From positions 62,001-126,000 of the forward strand of contig NIVC01000067.1 of NCBI GenBank assembly GCA_002269645.1: a stretch of 64,000 nt of DNA, written 5' to 3'. Of the stretch, positions 1-12,900 are shown one piece after another. The notes beneath the pieces were generated by a model. It ran no database searches. It was given only the letters and a program-made list of their open reading frames with translations, and had not been told where the DNA came from. Within the stretch, counting starts at the first letter, position 1; each line of letters begins with the position of its first letter. This stretch comes from Macrostomum lignano (Eukaryota). The translations under genes were made by a program, and so were the position numbers.

Positions 1-970
1 AGTCAAAAGTTCCATTCTTGCCGTTTGAGAGTGTGGTGCTCGCCTCCTCACTGGCGCGCGGATAAACTATTGCTTTGATTTTTGACAGCATCAAAACCCC
101 TCTTATACTCTACTCGCTCTGCGTGTGCTATTTTACTTCTTCTGTACGAGCTACATTGAGTATGCAGTGTTTAGTGTGATAAATGCTCAAGCCGGTGTTA
201 TACTTTCGGATATCCGTGTCTGGTGTTATCCGCCCAGATAGTACAAGTGCTATCTGATCTCCCCCCAAACATTTTAAGGATCTTAAAGTATCCGGTCTGG
301 ATATCTCAAGCTGCATTGCGTTCTCCGGAACTGGACATTTGTCTTGCGATGTCCGATCAGACGGCAAACGCACGGAGATAGCAAAACCTAACACCGGGGC
401 TAACGTCCGATTTACGAGTATTTATCTCCGCCAAGGGGGTTGCGGTGTCTCTAACGACCAGTCACTACAGCCTCCTTGGAACTAACAATTAGCTAACTAA
501 AGTCAGTACTTTAGTATTTTTGATATAAAAATAGTGAAAGATTTTGTCAAGGTATCCAGGTGGCGGGGCAGAGCAGCTCAGCGGTAAACACGTTCGACTT
601 CCGTGCCACATTCGTTTGGGTTTTTTTCGCGAAAATAAGCCGGCGGGTTGTCTTGCGATTGCCCGTCCCCAAGCCACTAGAAGTGTACACGCCTGACGAT
701 TAGAAAGTCAAATTGCTGCTGTACACCCTGGGTGAGAGTGTATATGAGTGCGTGCCTCATACAGTATTGGCGCGCTTGTGTGTACTCAGGAGTCAGTAGA
801 ATGGCGCAGAATTGTGGACGATGTCACCGAAGTGGTTGCGCCACGGTGTCCCCAACCCTCCTGCAAATGTTTATTTTTTATTCGGTTCCAGCTCCCATGG
901 TCCCAAGATCCTAAGATTCCCAAGATTGAGTTTTTTATAACAGCTGAACCTATCACCCTTTCAACTTAAG

Positions 971-3900
971 ACCTGGCTTGCTTCAACATCCCGGTGGTGA
1001 TGAACGCAACTCTAGTGGGTCCAGTACCCCCGTACAAGCGAGTCGGTGAATTCATTCAATTTGACTGCGCTTTTGGCTACGAATTTCTGCCGGAAGTGGC
1101 CGACGCCAGGAACTACACGTGCGACCAGACTGGGAAGTACGTCTACGTGACCAGCAGTGGGTGGCACTATGAGAAGGAGGTGGATAGCTGCGTTCGTAAG
1201 TATATTTTCTTATCAGCTCGCCGACTTAGCAGTGTGTAGCTCGTTTTGCATACAGGTAGGCTTATTTACGATTTTCCTCAAGTAAAACCCTTGGCTACAA
1301 GAAAGACTAGAATATCACCTTATGTCGTCTTATATCTAAAGCTGAGTGGATCGACCGGTGGGCCGGGTTTAACGCGGAGAGAAAATAGGTAAGAGAAAAG
1401 GGGAGATGAGATAGGAGAGAGGAGAGGGGGTAAGAGAGGAGAGAGAGGAGAGAGAGAAGAGAGGAGAAAGGAGAGGGGAGAGATAAGAGAGAACAGGATT
1501 GGAGGAGAGAAAGAGACAAAAGGAGAGGAGAGATAAGATAGAAGAGAGGAGAGTAGAGAAAATAGGAAACAGAAAAGGGGAGAGATGAGATAGGAGAGAG
1601 GAGAGGGGTAAGAGAGGAGAGAGAGAGAAGAGAGATAAGAGACGAGAGATAAGAGAGGTGAGATAAGAGAGGAGAGAGTAGAGGGGAGACAGGAGGGAGT
1701 AGAGACCAAAGACGAGATTGAAGAGATGAGAGGAGAGAATGGATGAAAGAGGAGAAATGAAAGAGTAGGGAGGAGAGATGAGAGAGTAGAGACGAGAAAG
1801 AGAGTAGATATGAGAGCGCAGAGAGGAGAGATGAGAGATAAGAGATAAGAGATGAAAGATGAAAGAGGAGAGATGAGAGCAGAGAGTATAGAGGAGAGAT
1901 TAGAGATAAGAGACCAAAGAGGAGACAGGATACAGGAAAGGATTTGGAGAGGATTTGGAAGATGGGATTCGGGTTATGGGATTCAGCTGACGGATTTCAG
2001 GGAATGGAATTCTGGCGATGGGAGTTCTAACCCCTTTCTCCTCCAGCGGAGGAGTTGGCCTCGTTCTTTATATTCCGTATTGCTTACATGGGACACTATA
2101 CGAGCTACAACTATTCATTGGGTAAAGTCCTCTGACGCCAAAATTAATTTGGGGCTCGGGAAAGAAGGTTGACCTGGGCCAATTGGAGAATGTACATGCC
2201 TGACAATGAGAGTCAGGTCCGCTGTACACCCTTTGTAAGTGCCTGTCTGCGTTTAGCTGCTAGTTAACTTCAAATTAAAATTTTCGCATTTCAGTCAAAC
2301 GCTGTCCCGTGCTCACAAATACAACTCTATCGCTGAGCTCAACGGAGCTGTCCGCATCAGGAACTTGGACATCGACTAGTCAAAATTATCCAGATGTGTT
2401 TTATTACTACGACAGCTCAGATCCGTACTGCAACGCCTTCAACTACACCGTGATAAGCCACTGCGCTGATGGTTTCCTGCCGGAAGCAGAAAGAATTCTC
2501 ACCTGCTTGGACTCAAAGAACTGGTCCAACAGCTTGCCGAGTTGCTATAGTAAGAATCAATGAGTTTTCTAATTTTAATTCTGGGACAAATCGACGTTTT
2601 TCATACGATGTTGAGGCCTTTGTACTGCTTATGATAATATCGTGATAATAGGAATTAGGACTCAGGAGAATTACACTCGTAGGACTAATATTTAAGGAGA
2701 TATTTTTGCATCTACGATAAATTATTAAATTGCGGTAAAGTGCGGTAAACTTTTTACAGAGTCAACGATAAGAGAGAAAAAGACTGACATTAAAGTGGTT
2801 GATCGTCACAGAAAAATGAGCTCAACCGGCTCAATCGCATACTCAAAATAACGGGACCGATTGACAGCACATAGGCATAAAGCAAAGGCAAACCTCGAGC
2901 TCAAGATAGAATTTTAACATTTTACAATCACCATATTTTTCAGCTTCTCAAACATCAGATTAGATGCTACAACTTCGAAGCTATTTGGATGATTCAATGA
3001 GCGATCTGCTTCCCTTTCCTCTTTTAAACAGGAAAAAGCTGCTCAGCACCGCCGGAGATCCCTAATGCGTACATTGATTTGCAGTTCAACAACTCCGCTG
3101 CATCGCCCTGGTCGTACATGGATTATGTTGTATACAAAACTGTACCTGGCTATGAGTTTTTCTACGTTCCCGGCTCCACTGACGGGCTGACAGAGTGGCG
3201 AAGCGTCTGCCTGGAGAATGCATCTTGGGCTTACATACCGACGCCTGAGAGTACGAATTATTTTCGTGTTTTTTTGCTGTTTTGCAAGCCAAACAAAATT
3301 TGTCTCAGAGTAATGCGCAAATTTAACAGTTACTGGAAGATAATAAATATTTACCCAATCATTCTCATGCTTGCCTTTAGGTGCACTGTAAAAAACTTTA
3401 AGTCTTAAGCAGTCTTCAATTATATCATTTTAAATCCACAATTTCAGGAATTTACTGTAAGCTGTCGGATCAGAACCTCACAGCCATTGCCAATGTGACC
3501 GTGTTGAACCTCACCGGCCGTCGCTACCAAGACAACGCTTCTCTAGTCTGCTTCAATTCAACAACGCACGAATTTTCTCTAAGAAATGACGAGCTGCAGT
3601 TCGACATCACTTGTATGGCTGACAAGCGATGGACGGATGAAATCGCCGGAGTCTGGATAGCGGGATGCAGAAGTAAGCCCACTTCTAGAACATAGTATGC
3701 TTTTGCTTTTTTCAATATTGCGGAATATGATTAATCAGTTAATTTCATTTATAACTATTTTTCAGTAAAAATGTGCCCCAGCCCGACAATACCAACTGTT
3801 CCATATCAAATCGTCCGGGAATCGTCCAACGTTAGCCAAAATCTGGCGATAATTACGACAGTGCCACCTGTAACTGGGGCCCAAACGGTCTTTACAGAGC

Positions 3901-6900
3901 TCGGCGTTGCCTGTCTTGAAGGATTTTGGCGTCCCGCTTCAGCGCCAGCTGCAATAATCTGCCAAGCCAGCAAAAATTGGACCAGTTTTGAGGGATGCAT
4001 CAGTAAGTGAAGTATTGTAACCTTTCATTCTAATGGTTGCTGCATCGAGATATATCGATACTGTTTAATATATTTTTTATCTAATCGCAATCGATCAGGA
4101 CATGCTTGCACGGAGCCGCCTACCGTAGAACACTCAATCATCGGGAGAAATTACTCCAACCTGCCTGAGGAGCGGTTCCGACTTTATGACACCACGTATT
4201 ACGATTCGGAGCCGGGATACAGATTCTCAGTGGTAGAGAGAAACTGGCATTTCGCTAGCTGCCTGTGGAACTCAACATCAAACACGACATACTGGACAGA
4301 AGTGTACAGAATGGAGCGTGAGTCCAAACGGCTTAGCTTTCAGCAGTTTTGACAAAATTTCAAATTTAATTTATTATATGCGCATGCACTTTTTCCCGAA
4401 ATTTCAGTTCGAAAGTGCTCTGCACCAAGCGTGGTAACGACAACTTACACAATTCCAAAGTGGAACTCAACAACGAATATTCGACTGAATCAGACCAAAA
4501 CTGTTCAACTTACAGTGTTGCCATCGAATCTGTCGTTAGATTGCTTTACCTGGAACAATATCAGCTGTGAGGAGGGCCACTATGAGCCCAACGGGATCGA
4601 CTCTATTCAGTGTGAACCGTTAGGGTATTCAGTGCAATGGTCTGCCTACAGCAACTGCATTCGTGAGTTTTCGGAGTTTTATCTTCGTTATTTTTTGTCC
4701 AAACATGGTAAACAGCTATTGGCAGTCAAAGGAGAGTCATAAGGCTGTCTTAAGACCTAAATTCGAATGTTGGCCGTGCCGCTGACAAAAGTTGGGTCAT
4801 CAGCCTCCAGTTTATCGGCGAAACCACGAGTAGGTGCCTTTCTGCACTGACTGTGAACATCACGACTGCTAATGGATTCACTGAGCGCAGTTGTTTAGAA
4901 GAGCCAGGCCCGCGGGGCGCTTGTAGATCATAACCACCCAACTGACCGGCGACTCCATCAGGACTAAGTTTCGGTTTGGCATGTGGCCTGAGCGCATAGA
5001 GTACTACATCTATACTGCCTAGTCTATTCAGCCACGAAGCTGTACTTTAATCCAAAACAGCAGCCGAGGATCTAGGGAGGCAACACTGCTGCTCTGCTTT
5101 AGTCTCAGAATGATCAACGCTTTAACCCTTCCTTGGCCTCATTAGTCGTCTATCTATGTATGAGTGGGTATGATAGAATTCCAGGTTTATTACGCATCCT
5201 AAATGAGATAAAACCACAGCTTCGTTCCAGCGCTAGCTTTGTATTTACCTGGACCCGCACTGCAGCAGCTCAGCGGCTAAAGCTGATGCTCAGGTTGCCT
5301 CAGTCAGTAAAGTTCGGCTCACTGTCTCGACTATTTTGACGTCACGTCATTTAATCATTATAATACGCCGGGTGCAAATAGTATATAGAGACATTTTTGA
5401 AGAAAACTTCAAGTTTAAAAAGTTATTACATTCACGCTCGTATGTTAGTCTAAAATAAAATAGCCTACTTGAAAATAATTTCAGGTCGGAACTGCAGCCA
5501 ACCGCCATCGGTGTCGAACGCAAGCGTCTACTCCGCTGTCAGACAGAACGGTGGCAGCTCAAACCCGGCCCTCGGGGATTGGAGGCTTTACGACTTTGCT
5601 CTGTACAGAACTGAGCCGGGCTTCCAGTTCGCCGAAGTCAACGGTTCCACCTGGCTTAGCCTCTGCGAGTGGGACGCAGGCTCTGAGAGGACGAGGTGGA
5701 CCGATGTGCTTCCCGTGATTAGTAAGACTTTTTATCAACCGAGATGACGTAATGCTGTTGTATCTGAGGAAACTAGCCGACTTGCCGCGAGCGTTGTACT
5801 TTACTAAAAATCGATTTTAACTCTGCTTAAAAGTCCGAATTCTGAATTTATTTTAGGAATCCAGTGCGCATGGACTCGAGCCCAGCTGCAGGCCTTACCA
5901 AAGGTGGCCGCAACATTTTTCGCTACTCCTGGAGACCTGTACAGCGATCAGGTGCAGCTGAAGTGCTCCAATAGCACCACAGAAGAGTTTATACTCAAGC
6001 CGACAGTTGTGGAAAGCCTGGTAGTGTGTCAAGCCAATGGCACTTGGACTAATGAGAGTACCTGGCAATCTGGCTGTCAGGGTAGGTCTTGCAGTTGCAT
6101 TTTCCTGTCATAGAAAAGACAAATTCGTCCATGTTCATTCGCCTGATATTGCGTCGTTGCTTGATAATTCTAGATAAAAAGTGCCCGGTTCCCGCGACTC
6201 CCGTCAGCACGGCCTACTCCACGCGAACATTTAACATTTCAAATGGAGAAACTGGCCATGTTAGTCTAACAGTTCCGCGAGGATTCCTGTCTCCAGCAAT
6301 ATCTGCTTCGGTGAACGTTTTCACTGTCTTGCAACTCTCCTGTCCAGAGGGCCACAAGCTTCCAGTGGGCAGTCCTAGTGAAATTTCTTGCTTACCGAGC
6401 AAAGCGTGGAGTGCCTACCAGCTGTGCGAACGTAAGCTGCCCTATTGTTCTTCACATGTTTAAAGCAGCTAAAAGCAGAATTGACAATCAACTAGCAAAA
6501 CTTTTTTATTGCTTTCATTCGTACTTTTGAGCATTATTATCTTGTGTTACTCCATTTGTGCAAAGCGATGCAGGAATGCTTGAACCAACGTATCAATGCC
6601 GATCTGTCAAAGAATAAATTTTTATTTGAAGTACCGCTAAAGTGATGCAGTTTGACGTCAGGAAACTGAGAGAGACAGACAGACAGAGGGGGGGGGAGAG
6701 AAACGGTAGGACAGCCCATCGGGTAGTACGGTGCGCGCCAGTCCGGCAACGGCCGCTTAGTAGGAAGGTTCTACAGTTGTATGGTGGAGCCATGGCAACA
6801 TGGGAGAGAGGGAAAACTTTCCGTCCCGTTTCTCCTTTCCTATCCCTCTCATTTTGCATAAATTATTCGTTAACTTAAATGCTCTGAAAATTGACGCAGG

Positions 6901-9900
6901 CTTCTCACATCGTTTCCATCATGTGGGCTCTCAAGCAGATGTCAATTCAGCCCAAAGTCCTTCGCTGTAGATGGGAGAAAAAGCAACGCATTCAATTTGT
7001 TTTCAACGTGTTTAACAAGTCAGTTGATTATCTGAGGTATTGCTGATTTATGCAAATATAATGAGGCAACATAACACTGAAAACGTCTAATAATCTTTTA
7101 ACTGTAAAATTTTTTTATTCACGTTGTGAAACCCTTCGAATTCAACTGTGCTACATGTACCTTGCCCACTCTCACAGGTTATCAGTGCACGGACCCGCCC
7201 GTTCTCAGCCATGCATCAAACCAGAGCAGTTTCCAGAACAATCCAGCTGAGAATTGGAGAGTCTACGACTGGATCGAGTATGCGACAGATCCAGGATACA
7301 GATTCTCCGTGCTTAATGTGACAAATTGGATTGCCATTTGCCAGTTTAATTCATCGACGACATCTGCACATTGGAGTGAAATATTCCCTGTTGAAAGTAA
7401 GTCATATACCTGTAGCATTACTCGAATATTTTAGTTTCAATCTCGGCCCAGGTAAATGGAAGATTAATAAGAGCTCTAAAACGTCGCTTCTAGGAGTTCC
7501 GTGCAATGCCACTAGGAGTGACCTGCTGTCTCTACCAATGATCAGTGTCACATTCACCGACTATCCTGGAGACCGGTTCACTGACACAGTCAGCATTGCC
7601 TGCGCGAACGCATCGACTCAGGAGTTCGTGTTGTCACCGAGCGTGACACAGTCTTGGGCGGTGTGCACAGTTGATGCAGTGTGGTCGAATCAAACAGTAT
7701 GGGGAGCAGGCTGTAAAGGTACAGTAGATCTTTTGTCTTTATCAATTCCACAAGACCTATGATACGAGTAAACTAGACCATTGCTTCCATTTTGCTACAG
7801 AGAAACTGTGTCCTGTGCCATCAGCTCCTCCGAGTTGGACTTACCAAACAAGATTTTTCAACGAGTCGGAGCGCAACTTTACTCCACTAAATGTATCGGC
7901 TAATCTTGCTACCATGACGCCTTTTCCAACTGGGCAGGTTGCAATTTTCAGCCTTTTGCAGCTGTCATGCCCCGTTGGTCACAAACTGCCAGCAGGCGGT
8001 CCCAGTGAAATGACGTGCCAGCCAAACAAGACCTGGAGTACCTATCAGTTGTGCGAACGTGAGTTCTAACTTGGGGAACCGGGTCTCATGCTATTCTATA
8101 CGGAGAGATATATTTACATAATTTTATCTAACATTTAATCTTAAATATTGAATCTTGATATCTACCGGTAGTTTATTGTTTCTAGATAAAAGCAAATAAA
8201 GTTGAATTGCAAATATTAACTGGGTCTCAGTGCTTTGTAATCCATGCACAAAATTTACGCTTGTACAGGTTATCAGTGCGCGGACCCGCCCACTCTCAGC
8301 AATGCATCGATCCAGAGCAGCTTCCAGAACATTCCAGCTGAAAGTTGGAGAGTTTACGACTGGGTTGAGTATGTTACACAGCCGGGATTCAGATTCTCTG
8401 AGCACAATATCACAACCTGGTTTGCAGTCTGTGAGTTTAATTCGACACAGGCCTCTGCGCAATGGAGCATAATACCTCTAATTGAAAGTGAGTTGAAATT
8501 GTTTTTTATGAGCTAACATGCTTAGAATGGTTCCTCATAAGTAGATATCAAAAGTAAATGAGAATTTCAATAAAAAGTTACACCATAAACTGAACAAAAT
8601 TATCTGCAGGAGTTCCGTGCAATGCCACTAAGAGTGACCTGCTGTCTCTACCAATGATCAGTGTCACATTCACCGACTATCCTGGAGACCGGTTCACTGA
8701 CACAGTCAGCATTGCCTGCGCGAACGCATCGACTCAGGAGTTCGTGTTGTCACCGAGCGTTACACAGTCTTGGGCGGTGTGCACAGTTGATGCAGTGTGG
8801 TCGAATCAAACAGTATGGGGAGCAGGCTGTAAAGGTACAGTAGATCTTTTGTCTTTATCAATTCCACAAGACCTATGATACGAGTAAACTAGACCATTGC
8901 TTCCATTTTGCTACAGAGAAACTGTGTCCTGTGCCATCAGCTCCTCCGAGTTGGACTTACCAAACAAGATTTTTCAACGAGTCGGAGCGCAACTTTACTC
9001 CACTAAAAGTATCGGCTAATCTTGCTACCATGACGCCTTTTCCAACTGGGCAGGTTGCAATTTTCAGCCTTTTGCAGCTGTCATGCCCTGTTGGTCACAA
9101 ACTGCCAGCAGGCGGTCCCAGTGAAATGACGTGCCAGCCAAACAAGACCTGGAGTACCTATCAGTTGTGCGAACGTGAGTTCTAACTTTAGTATCAGAGT
9201 CTCATGCTATTTAATGGGAAGAGATATATTTACATAAATCTATCTAACATTTAATCCTAAACACTGAATCCTATTGTTATCTAATATATATTTTATGTAA
9301 AAAAGCTAATAGAGTTGAATTTAAAAGATGAATCCGGCTTCAGAACTTTGTAATCCATGCACAAAATTTACGCTTTTACAGGTTATCAGTGCACGGACCC
9401 GCCCACTCTCAGCAATGCATCGATCCAGAGCAGCTTCCAGAACATTCCAGCTGAAAGTTGGAGAGTTTACGACTGGGTTGAGTATGTTACACAGCCGGGA
9501 TTCAGATTCTCTGAGCACAATATCACAACCTGGTTTGCAGTCTGTGATTTTAATTCGACACAGACCTCTGCGCAATGGAGCATAATACCTCTAATTGAAA
9601 GTGAGTAGGGGTTTTAATAGCAAAATTAACTTTGTAATTAAAAAATTACACCATAAACTGAACAAAATAATCTGCAGGAGTTCCGTGCAATGCCACTAGG
9701 AGTGACCTGCTGTCTCTACCAATGATCAGTGTCACATTTCCCAACTATCCTGGAGACCGGTTCACTGACACAGTCAGCATTGCCTGCGCGAACACATCGA
9801 CTCAGGAGTTCGTGTTGTCACCGAGCGTTACACAGTCTTGGGCGGTGTGCACAGTTGATACAGTGTGGTCGAATCAAACAATATGGGGAGCAGGCTGTCG

Positions 9901-12900
9901 TGGTAGGTTTTGAGTTTTGCACCGACTTCACTTAGCTCGTATGTATGCTATTTAGTCTTCAGTCTTTTTATTGATTTTAAAAACTCATTTAGCTCGTAAT
10001 TCTCTTCCGTTCCTTTTCAGCAAAGCTTTGTCCCGTCTTAGCAGGCGTGCCAAATCAGACTTATCAGTCAAGGGTCTTCAACTTGGCATCTCAAAAATTC
10101 GAAAGCGTAAATATCACTACTCAGCTAGCTGTCCTGACACCCTGGCCTTCTACGCAAGTTCCCGTGTATACTCGAGTGTCAGTAACATGTCCAGAGGGTC
10201 ACGTTCTGCCTCCGGCTAGTCCTTCAGAAGTGCTCTGTCAACCAAATAAGACATGGAGTGACTATCGACTGTGTGAACGTACGTTTTATAGCCGTGGGAA
10301 GCTTTGAAATTCTAAAAATTCAGTGTACTTTGGAATGATTTAGACATGTTTGTGTACGTATTCTTTAGGGCTGTCCTGTCCAGCACCACCACAGCTGGTC
10401 AACGCGAGTTTGAATGGCAGCCTGATTAACGACCTCGCTAATCCAAGCGTCTGGCGAGTTTACGACGCAGCTCACTACCGTGCAGGCAAGGGGATGTACT
10501 TTGTCGACTCGCTGACCAAGGATTGGTCGCTTGTTTGCCGCTACAACAGCACCAGCAACTCCGTCTATTGGTCGGACGTGTCGAGCGTGGCGAGTGAGCA
10601 TTTAGCTAGGAAAAATTCAATTTTTTGCCATCGCCATTTATTTTGTCCCGAATCCGCCCTCATTGTTAAAACAAATTAACCAGTCTGACAAGAACTAAGG
10701 CCTATTCCCTGAGTGAGAATGAAATGCAGGCTCATTTGAAATCCAAAACTTTGTGCAACCACATTTCTAAAACGAAGGCATTGCATATTACTACCAGTAA
10801 TACTCTGCTGGGTAGTTTGTCTCAATATGAATCATGGAAATCATCCGTTTATGAAACATATATCGAAAAATTTCAGGATCGGCATGTCATCGCAACATCT
10901 CCAGTATCTCCACCATCAACCTGCTAATTGTTGCGTCTAGCACTGGTGACCTGTTTGCCGACACGGCGCATCTGCAGTGTAGCAACACCAGTCAACAGGA
11001 GTTCTTTACGTTGCCAGGAACTAGCGAGCTGACTACAGAGTGTTTGGTGAATGGCTCTTGGTCGGACGAGTGGAAGTGGTCCAGCGGCTGCCAGGGTTAG
11101 CTTTTTAAACTCATACAAATATACGAGCGTAGGCCGATGAAGTAAAGATGATGTAAAGTGTAAAGTAGAGAACTTTATAGTTTGTCATGCAATTTCATTC
11201 AATTTCAGTAAAATTCTGTCCCAGCATTGTCCAGCCCGCAATGGTACAGTTCAGTGTCCAGATGCACAGCGACACCGCGGCCTCAGTGCGGAACGAGACG
11301 CACACAGCCGCAGGCGTTCAGTTCTCTAGCACCGCGTCGGCGCCCGTCTTCACCGAGGTGGCGCTCTCGTGTCCGCCCGGCTTTAAACTGCCCGCCGGTG
11401 CTCCAAGTTTTGTCATCTGCCAGCCAAACCAGACCTGGTCCGACTATCGGTTCTGTATCAGTAAGCTGTTGCGTCCACTTTCATTGTATTACTACTGAGT
11501 CTGTCATTTTCAACACTATTTGCTCCTGATTTCATTTAGCTGTTACCCATAGCTCTGAGGTAGCTAACATTCTAGTGATTTCTACTTCGCGGATAAATAG
11601 AAGTCTGCCTATACCTGAAGATCGAAACTGTTGATAGCAAATCTCCATGGCTTCGTATCACTAGTAGTTAGTTAATACGAAGCCATATTCTAATTTTCTG
11701 TATCAAAATAATCTCCTATTTTATAGGGATTCCTTGTCCGGCTCCGCCAATCCCCTACGCTGCCGCCATCGTGAGAAACCGAACAAGTCAGCCAGGTAGC
11801 CAGTACTACCTGTATGACACCGTCTACTATGCTACCGCCGTTGGCGCCATCTTCACGGAAGTGAACACCACCTGGTGGTTCAGCACCTGTCTCTGGAATG
11901 CAACTGGCTCGGGTGAAACCTATTGGACGTCGGTTTTTCCTGTGGATGGTGAGTCACCAGACACTCGGCCTGGATCGCACATGAAAGCAGAAAGTTTATT
12001 AAATAGTCATAGTATACAATAAAACAAACAAAACTTCTCCAGCTGGCGAGTGCACCCCAAATGTGGAGACTCTTCGATTGATTCCCAACATCGCTATAAT
12101 TGGAAATTCGAGCCAGCTCAACCAGAGCATCACGGTGCGCTGCACCAATAGCACCGGCCAGGAGTTTGTTGATTCGCCCTCAATCGTGGAGTTCAGCTCT
12201 GTGTGCCAGTTCAACGGACTGTGGGCCAACTTCAGCCAGTGGTCGCGGGGTTGCACTGGTTTGTAAATGCGTTCGTATCGGAGCTGGTTGTTGAGTGACG
12301 GACAGAATAGGTTGTGAGATGAAGCAGTGCTGTGCAAAAAATTCCGCTTACTTACTGATAGCGAAAAAATCAATTTATAGCCAGTAACTAATCTAACAGT
12401 AGACAGTAAAATACTCAATGTCAGTTCAAATGCAAGTACAGTCTAATGTATGTAATACGAGTAGGATTTATCTATCTTAGCTACCTTAAGTATTGGTTAA
12501 AGACAGCAAATCCGATAAAAGGTTTAAGATCAAATTTCACCGGCTTCCTCTCTTTGCAGGCAAAACCTGCGACCCACCCAGCCCGCGAATCGAAGATCGC
12601 AATGTGACCGAGTTCGACAGGGTCTCCATGACCACCCGGAGGCGCAAAATTTCTCTGGTGGGAATTAAGTTCACACCAGCTCCAAATCCCAACGAAACGC
12701 TGCCTGCCGGCACAGTGCTGGGCATCTCGTGCAGTCTGGACACTCTGCTGCCTAAGGGTGCCCCCAATTTCACAGTGTGCCAGCTTGACCGGACCTGGTC
12801 GCCGTTCCAGTACTGCCAGCGTGAGTGCACAGTCCTAACCTATTATAGAAAGATACAGGGCTTAGGCTCGGATATTTACAGTGGAAGTACCAAGCAAGCC

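Noticed and set aside
704-868. Possible extra sushi exon(s) (IGALVCTQESVEW...PQPSCK)
   Set aside because: It needs a 33-nt intron and a weak GTTTAT donor, so it was not included in the model.
4940-4980. Hammerhead-like words on the minus strand (gaaacttagtc ctgatggag)
   Set aside because: The core is not CUGAUGA and there is no room for stem I or a closing stem II.
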